Origin: Octopus vulgaris
Lineage: Eukaryota
Assembly: GCA_951406725.2 (NCBI GenBank)
Contig: OX597832.1
Coordinates: 51,150,001 to 51,214,000 of the forward strand
Direction: 5' to 3'
DNA length: 64,000 nt
Made by a program: the position numbers and the translations under genes. Below are positions 1 through 12,541 of the stretch, piece after piece. Position 1 is the stretch's first letter, and every line of letters starts with the position of its first letter. The notes under the pieces are model-generated. The model was not told where the DNA came from, did not search any database, and was given only the letters and a program-made list of their open reading frames with translations.

Positions 1-132
1 GTGTGTGCAAGAGAGAGAGAGAGAGAGAGAATGAATGAGTGAAGATGTGTGTTGTGATGATGGATATCTTTTAAGGTACGCACTCATATAGAAAATGTGA
101 TATCATCGTATAAAATGTTTACGATAGTTGAC

Positions 133-549
133 TTACTCTCTTTTTTTTTACTCTTTTTACTTGTTTCAGTCATTTGACTGTGGCCACGCTGGAGCACCAC
201 CTTTTAGTCGAGCAAATCAACTCCCAGGACTTATTCTTTGTAAGCCTAGTACTTATTCTATCGATCTCTTTTGCCGAATCGCTAAGTTACAGGGATGTAA
301 ACACACCAGCATCGGTTGTCAAGCGATGTTGGGGGGACAAACACAGATACACAAACATATACACATACATATATATACGTATATACGTCGGGCTTCTTTC
401 AGTTTCCGTCTACCAAATCCACTCACAAGGCTTTGGTTGGCTCGAGGCTATAGTAGAAGACACTTGCCCAAGGTGCCATGCAGTGGGACTGAACTCGGAA
501 CTATGTGGTTCGTAAGCAAGCTACTTACCACACAACCACTCCTACGCCT
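133..549 (-). mobile_element. tRNA-derived SINE, family A (octopus OR/OK-type)
   Basis: Minus strand starts AGGCGTAGGAGTGGTTGTGTGG (A-box like), then GAGTTCAGTCCC (B-box like), CCTTGGGCAAGT, an internal (CA/TA)n tract and a GAGTAAA-type tail. More than ten similar copies occur in the window. Confidence 0.85.
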
Positions 550-794
550 ATATGGAAAAGATTAATTTTTATAATGCAAATATGTAAATGAAAACAAAGT
601 TTAGCTGGTAGCAGAAATAGTACTGAATTTTTTGATACCCATATGTCAAAATCAGCAACTCAGTTTTGGAATGCATAAGGAACAAACGCGCACACACACA
701 TACAAACTCTCTTTTATAAATATAGATATATACACATACATATATACAAATACACATATACATAAACACACACAGATATATATATATATATATT

Positions 795-1197
795 CTTTTA
801 CTCTTTTACTTGTTTCAGTCATTTGACTGTGGCCATGCTGGAGCACCGTCTTTAGTGAAGCAAATCGACCCCGGGACTTATTCTTTGTAAGCCCAGTACT
901 TATTCTATCGGTCTCTTTTGCCGAACCGCTAAGTGACGGGGACGTAAACACACCAGCATCGGTTGTCAAGCAATGCTAGGGGGACGAACACAGACACACA
1001 AACATATACACACACACTTATATATATATATATATACATGTATACGACAGGCTTCTTTCAGTTTCCGTCTACCAAATCCACTCACAAGGCATTGGTCGGC
1101 CCGGTGCTATAGCAGAAGACACTTGCCCAAGATGCCACGCAGTGGGACTGAACCCGGAACCATGTGGTTGGTTAGCAAGCTACTTACCACACAGCCG
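795..1197 (-). mobile_element. SINE family A copy
   Basis: Near-identical to 133-549. Confidence 0.85.
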
Positions 1198-1932
1198 CAA
1201 AAAATAATAATAGGCCATGCTGGCACCTGTGTTACAAGCTTACTATATCAAATGACCCAACACAATGGTCAGGAGATCATATGTGTGTGTATTAATATTG
1301 CTTTTCTTACAAAAAGATTTAACTCACAAGAAGAGCATATTCTGATATATTTCACCTTAATGTATACATTTTAGCCAGCTAAAAACAAATTTACAAAACA
1401 TGATTCTAATAAATCTGACACTGATAATGTGACAGCAGATCAATTTATTGGGAAAACCAATTACACCAAGGAAATAAAATCATTGCTGCTACTCAACATC
1501 ATACTTAAAAAAAGTTGATGGAACTAGTGGAGATAAATGATCTATTTGAACAACAAACATGACTCACAGAAGATAGCTTATATCTATTAACTAACACGAA
1601 GATATCTATTTAATCAGGTAATCTCGAATCAATGATTATAAAAAAAGCTCTATTATAGATTATTGTTTCAGTGTCATCTCATTTCTGATTCTGAGTCTGA
1701 CAAAAGGGAAAATCTGCTGCTCTCTTTATCTTATACTTATTTCAGTCATTGGACTGCGACCATGCTGGAGCCCCCAGCTTGAAGGGTTTTAATTGAACAA
1801 ATCAACCTAAGAAGTTATTTTAACGTTTAGTACTTATTCCATTGGTCTCTCTTGCTGAACTGCTGAGTTACAGAGATGTAGACAAACCAACACTAATTGT
1901 CAAGCGGTGCACAAAAATACTACATATATATA

Positions 1933-3133
1933 CAGGGGTTGGACAAAATAATGGAAACACCTAGCATCATAATTTTGAAATATCTATAAAACCGTCAAAA
2001 GCTTGTTTATTTTTATATTTTTTGATTTATTATTAGTGTTGCTTAATATGTTTTGCTAAAATTGCTCTTTCTTTCCAGATATCATCAGAAAAAGGTAATT
2101 AAAATTCATTAAAATGACAGATCTATTGGACTTTCAAAGAAACCAAATTGTTGGTGCTCATAAAAACAGCCGAAATGTTTAATATATCAAGAAGTACTGT
2201 CTTGAAAATAATGACAGCCTTTGAGAAAGAGGGAAACCCCGGAAGAAAACCAAGACTTTCGGATAAGGACTGTCGGACTTCTATGCGAACTGTTAGAAAG
2301 GATCACAAAAATACAGCTCCCAAAATTACTACAGAGCTTAATGACCACCTCAAGAACCCAGTTTCCACAAAAACTGTTCGCCAGGAGCTGCACAAAACCA
2401 GATTTCACAGGAGGGCTGCAATCAGAAAACCACTACTTTCAAAAACAAACGTTGCAAAGCATTCAGAGTGAGTAAAAACCTACAGAATTGGTCCCTAAAG
2501 CAGTGGAAGAATGTTATTTTCTTGGACGAGTCATCCTTTACCTTATTTCTGACCACGTGGAGACAGCCAAAAGAAGCATTTGACCCAGACTTCCAATTGT
2601 TAAACATGAAGGAGGATCTGTGATGATCTGGGGTGCTATATCTTAGAAATCTGCCAGCCCAATGGTTTCCCTTCATGGCAGAATTAATTGTCATGACTTT
2701 TTACGCATTTTATCTGATCAAATTCATTCTATGGTTGTGGAACTGTTTCCGGGGGGGAAACACAATCTTTCAGGATAATAATACACCAATTCACACAGCT
2801 AAAGTTGTTACTGAATGGCACGAGGAACATTCTAATGAAGATGAAAATCTTATCTGGCCACCACAGTCCCCAGATCTCAATATTATTGAAAATTATGGTA
2901 CATTTTAGAAAAGCAAGTAAGGAGTCGATATCCTCCACCATCATCACTACAAGAACTGGAGACTGTTTTAGGTGAAGAATGGACAAAAATTCCTTTGGAA
3001 ACAATTCAAGCTTTGTACAAGTCCATACCTCATAGAATTCAAGCTGTAATTACTGCCAAAGGCAGTTCTACTCCATATTAAAATTAATTTATTTGAAATT
3101 TTAAAGTGTTTCCATTACTTTGTCCAACCCCTG
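1933..3133 (+). mobile_element. Tc1-family DNA transposon, full length, transposase pseudogenised
   Basis: TIRs CAGGGGTTGGACAAAATAATGGAAACAC / GTGTTTCCATTACTTTGTCCAACCCCTG flanked by TA. Frameshifted transposase pieces: HTH region in ORF 2148-2471, FLDES, FQDNNTPIH and WPPQSPDLNIIE (DD34E-type). Confidence 0.92.
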
Positions 3134-5396
3134 TATATGTACACACACACACACACACACACACACGACAGGTTTCCATCTACCAAATTCACTCTGAAGG
3201 CATTGTTTGACTTGGATATAGCAGAAGACACTTGCCCAAGTTGGCACAGTAGGGCTGAACCTGAAACTACATGGTCGCAAAGTATGCTTCTTATCCACAG
3301 TTACACCGTAACATTTTTAAAACTGGTCATAAGGAAATCATAGTTTTCATAACCTAAGTAACATTTCTGCTCACAACCACATGAACTGTAGCTGAAATAA
3401 TTTACATGGAAAATGTACTGTCATTCAATGAATATGAGTTTATATTTCATGCTTAGGATAGTGATCAACACTAAACAACAAATAAAAATTAATGGAATAC
3501 TCATACCATTCAAATGATGGTTCTGGAGCAATGTTTAATAGGATATTTGTTACTAAATCTACAACTGATGGCTATTTATTGGAGCATGAACGTTTCTTAC
3601 ATGGTATGATAAACTTTGTTAAATGTTCTTTCAGAAAGAAAAACATGACTGAATTACTAAACAATTTCTTGAAGTTTTCAAAAAAAGCACCAAGTTAACC
3701 CTTTAGTGTTCACATTATTCTGCCAAAATTAATCCTTTTTTATCCATATTGTTTTGAACTAATCATGCATTATCTTGTAGCTTTAAGATTTTGATGAGGT
3801 AGCTGTTAATTTTTTAAACAATATTGTAGGGCTGGTGTGAGAGACCAGATCTGGCCAGTTTGAACATAAAACAGGCAGAATACTTTTGGCCGGATATGGC
3901 CAGTTTAAATGCTAACTTGATGTTAAAATTATCAAACATTATATAAAACCTGCAATACAACCTGAAATGAATACCATTTCATATGATATCACATGGATGC
4001 CATTTCATATAGAGAGGCAAATAGAAGGAAATGAAGGTTTTGTTACAACCAGGCATCACTGAGAAAGTCGATGGCTGTACAATGTGAGTTTTACCATTAA
4101 AAACTGCATTGTGTAGCACTGCCAAACTAAGTTGGCAAAGTTCATATGTGTGTGGATCTATATTGACCAAATGCAGAGATCCAATACCTACTGTTGAAAA
4201 GGAACTAAAACGCTGAATGGATTATGCTTCTTTTCAAAACTAGGTATTAATATGGGATATCACCAAGTGATATTAGATTCTTGATCATGTCATATAACAA
4301 TATTTGCTTCTTGCAGCTGGTGGATTTTGTTATTTTGTAATCTCTTCAAGTATCTCAAGTAATCATTAAGTTTTTTGGTGCTTTTTTTTTTTACACATGA
4401 CAATAAGTAATATTAAAGATGATATTCTTGTCTATGGTAAGTAAAAAAAAAAAGTAAAGACATAATGTTAAACTGACACTTAACAATATTATATAACAAT
4501 GATCTCACATTATACCACAAAAGGCATCATATCTTGGCTTCTTTGTTTCAAATTAAGAAGTTAATCCAGAGAATAAGATTACCATTGTGAAAGACCCCAA
4601 ACATTACAAAAAACCCACCAAATTCATAAGCTTTTAGGGAAAACTCAACTTTCTTAGTTATTTCATACTACATTTATCTATTTAGATAAATAATACAGAA
4701 AGTGACAGAGTGAAAGGAAGAGTAATAAAAAAAAAGTATAGAATATCAAGAATTAAAACAATGCATAATTTCACACAATTTGACACTAAACAGAAAATTT
4801 CTCTGTTGATACACATCCTGTTGAAACAGAAGCCATACAGACATATGACTCCAAATGTGAAAGCCACATTATTTCCTAAGCATCTAAAATTCTAATGAAA
4901 ATTAAATTATGGAATTAGCAAACTGAAAAGAAGGACTTTGCTATCTTTATCTTTTAACTTTTATTTGTTTCAACCACTGGACTCTTGAAGGTGCTGCCTC
5001 AAGCTGGGGCATGGAGACAAACACAGACACAAAGACACACATTTATCATATATATATATATATATATATATATAACATCTGCCAAGCCATAATGAGCCAG
5101 TATGGCAGAGTAGGCTCATCAAAATGGTCTCAAGTACAAATTCACAGCTTCCACATCAGACTGCAGCTGGTGGAGAGAACATGCTAAAGCCTTCATCCTG
5201 CAGTGGACTGAACATAGGCAATCCAATCCAATCCAATCCAATTGCTGAGTGAGGATGCTGAAATCTCCAGTTCAAAAATAAAAGGACACAGATATTGTGT
5301 TGTATAACCAGCTGGAGACGGTGTTTCCTGGGGCTAAACAACAGTAACATTCACCTCAACCAGGACTGCCACATTATGTTGGCAGATAGTCTTTAC

Positions 5397-5437
<41 letters not shown>

Positions 5438-5440
<3 letters not shown>

Positions 5441-5667
5441 TCTTTATTACCCACAAGGGGCTAAACATAGAGGGGGCAAACAAGGACAGACAAACGGATT
5501 GGGTCGATTACATCGACCCCAGTGCGTAACTGGTACTTAATTTATCGACCCCGAAAGGATGAAAGGCAAAGTCGACCTCGGCGGAATTTGAACTCAGAAC
5601 GTCAAGACAGACGAAATACGGCTATGCATTTCACCCGGCGTGCTAACGATTCTGCCAGCTCGCCGCC
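5438..5667 (-). mobile_element. tRNA-derived SINE, family B (Nin/Deu-domain-like)
   Basis: Minus strand reads GGCGGCGAGCTGGCAGAATCG...GAGTTCAAATTCC, followed by GCCTTTCATCCTTTCGGGGTCGATAAATTAAGTACCAG (Nin-domain-like). Many copies in the window. Confidence 0.8.
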
Positions 5668-8600
5668 TGTATATATACATACACACACACACATATCTAT
5701 ATATATGTATATACACACACATGTACATATGTAGTTGACAGGCTTCCACACAATTTCCATGTACCAAATTCACTCACAAGACATTGGTTGACCCCAGGCT
5801 ATAGTAGAAGACACTTACCCAAGGTGCCATGCAAAGGGACTGAGCCTAAAGCCAAATGTTTGCAATGCAAGCATCTTAACCGCACAGCCATGCCAGCACG
5901 TATATGGTAAGGGCATGGGAAAAATTCCATGCAAATCTATGTGGAAGATCATTCAACATCTTCACTAACCATCAATCACTCAACCTTCTGAAAATTGTTG
6001 GCCTTGTACCTAAGTTAGCAATCATTATTTAGTGAAAAACAAGAGCCTTCCCTAAGACTCTTCACTGGGAACTTAAATTGATGCTCTACAATTTATACAA
6101 GGTAGCCCACAATTCATCAATCAAACAATATCAATAACAAAATATGTTGATGTGGATGACCATATCTCAATTTTTAATTGCAAATGCAATTCCTAAAACT
6201 ATGACCTTATTTAATTTGCTAAAACAAAGGAAAACTCAACAACTTGAGCAATATTAGAAGCATTGTGAACAGGTAAATGCAAAAACTCAGTTGTTACAAA
6301 ATATTTCCCTATAAAGTTAGTTTTTCCAGAGAATTTGGGAATTATTCTAGAAGGAAGTTAAATCAGTATCCCTTTTGTATTAAGAACTGAAGTACTGAAG
6401 AATTAACTAGGAGTGTCATGTTGGAAACAAAAGTTTTTAAGATGTAAAGTTCAGCAGACAAATGTCATCAAAGTTTTGGAATCAAAACTTAGGGATTGTC
6501 CGATATGTGACAGGCATGGCAGTGTAGTTGAGAAGTTTGTTTCCCAAACACAGTTTTGATTTCAGTCCTACTGCATGAGCTGGTGAATGAGGATTTGATA
6601 GATAAAAACTGAAAGAAGCCCGCCATATTTGTGTGTGTGTGTGTGTGTGTATCCATCATGTGATATTTGTAAATGGGTATCATTATCATACAAGCAATGT
6701 CTTTCATTTCCTATAATCTTACTTGGAAACAGGTGAGGGTTGACAACAGGAAGGATATCTGGTCATAGGAAATCCGTTTCAACAAACTCCATCCAACTCA
6801 TGCAAGCATAGGAAAGTAGACATTAAAATGATGATGATGACACTGATGTGTCACTTGAGAGCTATTTGACCCATCGGAACCTCTTTATAAAGTTTACAAG
6901 ACCAAACATAGGAGAAACTATATATAGACTTCGGCTGGTACCCAATAGGAAAGATCCTTTAGCTATTGTAGATGCAACATCATATTGGCCACAAATCAAC
7001 TGGAACTCATACTTTTATCAGCTGCATGGAATTTCCTTTTACATCTTGAGAAATTCTAAAATGAATTGTTTCTGATGATAATCTACAATTTATAAGCTAT
7101 AGGGGTTAAAAAGTGTTTTTAGTACTATAGAGCATACAACATCAAAGAATTACATCATACCACTGCCCTCAAGCAAATGTTCTTGGAGATGGAGTCAATA
7201 GAACAACTGACAAAGTAATCATGTTTCAAATTCAAGAAGGTCAACAGTAGATAGAAATTTGGAAGTTTTTATTGCTCTACAAGAATACTGCTCATTCGTC
7301 AATAAAGAAAGCACCTTCTTTTAAACTACCTCTTACTTAACATAGTTTTACATTAGGAAATTCCATTAGCAGACAAAAAAATAGTAGTAATAATAATGGT
7401 TTCAAATTTTGGTAGAAGGCCAGTAAATTGAAGGGAGGGTGTTAGTTGATTATACCGACCCCAGTGCTCAACTGGTACTTATTTTATCAACCCTGAAAGG
7501 ATGAAAAGCAAAGTGGACCTTGGCAAAATTTGAGCTCGGAATGTAAAGAGAGGTGAAATACCACCAACCATTTTGCCCAGTTTGCTAAAAATTCTGCCAG
7601 CTCACTGCTGCTGCAGTAACAACAGCAGCAGTAGTAGTAGTAGTAGCAGTAATTAAAATAACAGAACAAAATCTAACATGAAGCACCATGCTGATAATCT
7701 AAGATACTGAAATCAGTGGTGATAGCATCTTGAAAAATGAACAACCAGGAAAGCACCAACCAATCTTTCATTTCTTCTATTATCTGCCCTCATGTTTTCT
7801 ATCCATTAAAGGCAATTTAAGAATAGAAAGATATAACTTTCACATGATAGTCTTACTACATTGCTGATGTACAGGTGTTATTTGACGCTTTAGCATTTAG
7901 ATTATTCTGTCAAATGTAATGCTTATTTAATCACATTGTTTTGAATTAATCATGCATTTATCTTACGGCTTTGAGATTTTTATAAAGTAATAACTGCTAA
8001 TTTTTTAGAATGATATTGTAGGATTGGTGTGAGGGGCTAGATATGGCCAGTTTAAATTGCTAAAGGGTTAAAATGGTTACCAGTTTAATGAAAGAAGCTG
8101 AATAACACCTATATTTGAGGTGGGACTATATTTATAGATTTCAATAAAAACATTTTAGATTTATAAGTAACACTGAATGTAATAGACCAGTGTTAATTAT
8201 CTCTCAAAGGACAATGACTGGTGTCAGTGATTCTCAATGCAAAAGAGGAGGAAATCACATACAAATACTTGAGAATATACGAATCTAGCTAGACCACCAA
8301 GAATCACCAAAAAGCAACATCTTTCAGCATAGACAGAAGCCAGACACTTTGTCAGCAGATCAATTAGTTTTATGCTCAACATAAATGTTAAAGATGATTA
8401 GAAATAATCCTTTCTACTATAGGAAGAAGGCCTGAAATTTTGGGGAAGGGGGCTAGTCGATTACATCAACCCTAGAGTTCAACTGATACTTATTTTATTG
8501 ACCCCAACAGCATTTGAACTCAGAATGAAAAGACAGACGAAATACTGCTAAGCATTTTGCCCAGTGTGCTAACAATTCTGCCAGCTTGCTGCCTTCAACA

Positions 8601-9659
8601 ATTAGAAATAATAACAGGAGCAATGCTATCAAGGTATTAATACACCATGAATCATCATCATCATATACCATTTATCTTTTCCATGCTTACATGGATGCGT
8701 TGGAATTGTGGAGGCAAGATCATCTTCCTGTCACTAATCTTCACTTGTTTCAAAGCAAAGTAATAGTTCCCCATATTTTTCACAGAAGAATGAAAGTGAA
8801 CAACATTGCTTACATGACAGCAATGTACATTTGCAACCATCTTGTGATGTATCTCAGTAAAGATATCCCTAAATCTCTGACCCTGTGAAGGGTTCTTAAG
8901 CTTCCAAGTCCTTCTTTTCCAGATTGGTCTGCTTTTTGGCATCCTTCCGGCCTTGAGTCAAGACAAGCATACACAAACATACATGAAGGGCTTCTTACAG
9001 TTTCCATTCACCAAATTCACTCATAAGGCTTTGGTTGGGTTGGCACAGGGTTATTGTAGAAAACACTAACCCAAGGTATCACACAATGAGAAGGAAACTT
9101 CTCAAGTACACAGTCATGCCTATACCATGAATAAAATTGAAATACTGAAATATTCCTTTAGCAATATTTTCTGAAGTGAGGTTTTAGCACAGCAACATAT
9201 TAGATCTAGTATGTCAAAAACTGATCCATAACTAATAAACATTTCCAATTTAATTTTTTAAAACAAAATTAAAAGAGAAAAACAAACACAGTCAATATTT
9301 CAAAAAGATGTAAATGAGTATACATAGACATGATTTGAAATTAGGAACTTGCACTTAATATCAGATATGTATTATGCAGCTGGAAAAAGTACTTTAAATA
9401 TATCAAATGTAAATGAAATTTACGAACTACTTAGATGGCACGCTAGATGCAGTTGGCCTGATTTTTATTGAGGTGACCAAACTAGGACATAAGGTGGATG
9501 TACTGAATGTACAGTAACTTCAAGAAGGTGGTGAAAAGTCCAGGAAACTGTTACATATTTCAGTAACTAAGTGTTTATACATAGCAATATCTGTAATGAA
9601 CATGGGTAAGGAAAGGATACTGAGATGAGAGCATTGATCAGCAAAGCAAGTTGAGTATA

Positions 9660-10057
9660 ACTCTTTTACTTGTTTCAGTCATTTGACTGTGGCCATGCTG
9701 GAGCACCGCCTTTAGTCGAGCAAATCGACCCCAGGACTTATTCTTTGTAAGCCTAGTACTTATCCTATCAGTTCTTTTTGCCGAACCGCTAAGTTACGGT
9801 GACGTAAACACACCAGCATCGGCTGTCAAGCGATGTTGGGGGGTGGGGACAAACACTGACACACACATATATATACAATATATACATATATACGACGGGC
9901 TTCTTTCAGTTTCCGTCTACCAAATCCACTCACAAGGCTTTGGTCGGTCCGAGGCTATAGTAGAAGACACTTGCCCAAGGTGCCACGCAGTGGGGACTGA
10001 ACCCGGAACCAAGTGGTTGGTAAACAAGCTACTTACCACACAGCCACTCCTACGCCT
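9660..10057 (-). mobile_element. SINE family A copy
   Basis: Full-length match to 133-549. Confidence 0.85.
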
Positions 10058-10494
10058 ATCCAAGTTACATGAAAGGTAAAACAATGGATATTAAAAAGCA
10101 ACTGATGACCGCAGGTCTTTATATGTGAATGAACTGGGAGAAAAACCAGCATGGACTGACAGGGGAAAACATGAGATAAAGGGTGAAGATAGATCTAAGA
10201 ATATTTTAGATCCCTTCTTGTAGATGATACAGAATGAAAAGGAAAGGTGAATATACCATATTTTTAGACACATCTAAAATAATAACAATAATTTTTTTCT
10301 ACTACAGGAATAAGACCTGAAATTTTGTAGGGGGAGAGAGTCGATTACATCGCCCCCAGTAGTTAACTGGTACTTATTTCACTGACCACGGAAAGGATGA
10401 TAAGTGAAGTTGACCTGGAAGGAATTAGAACTCAGAACGTAACGATTCTGCCAGTTCGCTGTCATCATCATCATCATCACAATAATAATAATAA

Positions 10495-10918
10495 GGCAAT
10501 CTTTCGTTTCTAGTAGACCTTTCCGTCGATTTCCGTAAAAATTTTTTTTTTTTTTACATATGGGCTTGCGGGAACTTTTGAAGTAATGAGAGCGAAAGAG
10601 ACTAAGAGAAAGCGATTGTATGACGAGGGAGGTTCTTTTGAAGTTACCGTGCATGGGAAGCATTGATGGACATGTGTGTGTGTGTGTGTTTGATGGGGTG
10701 TGGGAGACAGACAGTATGTTGTGTAAGTGAAGTGCTTCTGTTAGTGTGTGTGAAGAGACAGAGTAATGTGTGAAAGAAAGAGATAACTGAAATTTTTTAC
10801 TCGGTGTATGTGTATATCTATGTATATTACTTCAAAAGTTCCCGCAAGCCTATATGTAAAAAAAATATATATTTTTACGGAAATCGACGGAAAGGTCTAC
10901 TAGAGACGAAAGATCGCC
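10495..10918. mobile_element. MITE with ~90-bp TIRs and GG termini, inserted in an (AAT)n tract (Merlin/hAT-like)
   Basis: GGCAATCTTTCGTTTCTAGTAGACCTTTCCGTCGATTTCCG... is mirrored by ...CGGAAATCGACGGAAAGGTCTACTAGAGACGAAAGATCGCC. AATAATAA lies on both sides. Confidence 0.85.
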
Positions 10919-11818
10919 AATAATAATAATAACAATAATAATGATAAGGGTTGAAAATCTCATGATAATGGGAATCTCAATTATTCGAGAATTGAATCAC
11001 AATGAATTTAAATGCTCATAAACTACTACCTAAAACTCAATTTGCGCACAACATCCCATAATTTAATAATAAGGATGATGTAAACTCTAAATATCGACTA
11101 CGAAGGTAAGAGTAATAACAAAACAAAAATAAATAAAGTATAAAGATTGTTATTATGGCGCTCTCGCATAAATTCTGATAATCCAGCTTTATAAACATTA
11201 AGCTTCCATGTGGATTGCAATAGGAAAAACAAAGACAAACCATACTAAAAATAGATGGAGATGATGCGAAGACCTAAAGATCGTCTACACGTACAGAGAA
11301 AAAAAGAAATATTGTATTTCCATACGCGAGTTGGTTTGAAGCGTTAGTCGCAAAATAATCAATATTTTTATATGAAATATTATTTCGTAAACAAACGAGG
11401 CGAGTTTAGATATTTTATCATTTATCATTTCCCGATCAAATACTGAAGATTAGTTTATTTTTGTAAATACCTAAAAAAAAAAATTTTTTTAAAAGATAGC
11501 AGATAGTCACACTTTATCATTTATAATTGACTGCAGGTTTCAGCCAAAATTCCACACTTCATATTTATTTTTACCCCATTTTTAACACAGATGGATATGT
11601 ATGTGCGTGTGTGTGTGTTTATATGAAAGAAAAAAGGTGGGGAGATAATTGTGACAGTACAACAAAACGAAAATTACACGAGATGAGATTTATCTTGGTA
11701 GTTGGCGGAGTTTTAGGTGGGAGAGAGAAGGAGAAAATAGTCAAATGTCAGAGTAAAACAATGGATAGGATGTGAAGAATACAAGATTCTCGTTTCGAAG
11801 ATCATTAAAATAATCAAT

Positions 11819-11857
<39 letters not shown>

Positions 11858-12316
11858 GTGCGAACACGCTATCTTTAAGAGAGCATGTTTTACACTGTAT
11901 TGATATTATGGTATCATGTATTCCTATAGTGTATATGTGTAGGTATACATATGACATGCATGTGGGGAGAACGCTAGCAAGACATGCAACATGGATGAAG
12001 CTGACATCAATAATATATATAAAAAAAAAAAGAAATAGAGCAATAAGATGAAATGCAATTATGTTAAAAGAACAGGTATTTTTAAAGCAATGAAAAATCA
12101 GTAACTAAAATACTGCCAATAAATTTGTGTGTATATACATAAATATTATACTTGGAATAGGTCAGATTTCGCCAATTAAAACACGCATAGTACGTGTGTT
12201 TAATTGGCAAAGTATGACAGTCTCCAAGCATAACAATATTTGGTTCAACACACTATTTCACATCAAGAATCTTACAAAACACAACAGCATCATAAACACG
12301 GTTATCTTATTTAGGT

Positions 12317-12541
12317 TTATGGGTAGCGAAAAGCAGAGCGCATCTCATTCACAGTAGTGTCACCCTCATCAGATAATGATGAAAGTGACGCCCGAGTCTC
12401 TGAAATTTCCAAGTGCAAATCCAGAGAACAGTGAAAACAAGCCTGAGGAAGCATTCGGACTGAGGTTTCAATTCCTGGTTGAGGATCCAGGGTCTAATCG
12501 CTTCAAAGTTTTTAACTTTCATTAGAACCTTGCGCCCATAA
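12317..12541 (-). ncRNA. Candidate structured RNA (unassigned) in ZC3H13 intron 1
   Basis: At least six stems can be drawn. Several contain G-U pairs only on the minus strand, and the ends are complementary (TTATGGG/CCCATAA). Confidence 0.4.

Noticed and set aside
128-1374. Recurrent ORFs with ASFSFRLPNPLTR / EDTCPRCHAVG peptides
   Set aside because: Antisense translations of SINE family A, repeated throughout the window.
12355-12412. CTGATGA on the minus strand as a type II hammerhead core
   Set aside because: No compatible stem I or stem III, and the motif lies inside a 13-bp hairpin.
12153-12475. Possible RNase P RNA: GGAAATTTCAGAGACTCGGGC resembles CR-I, with ATCTGACCTA about 245 nt downstream
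   Set aside because: CR-I needs an insertion, CR-V is non-canonical and P1/P2 are weak. Not called without a covariance-model hit; left as an unassigned structure.
12499-12520. GAAAGTTAAAAACTTTGAAG resembles a 28S rRNA segment
   Set aside because: The flanks show no rRNA similarity.
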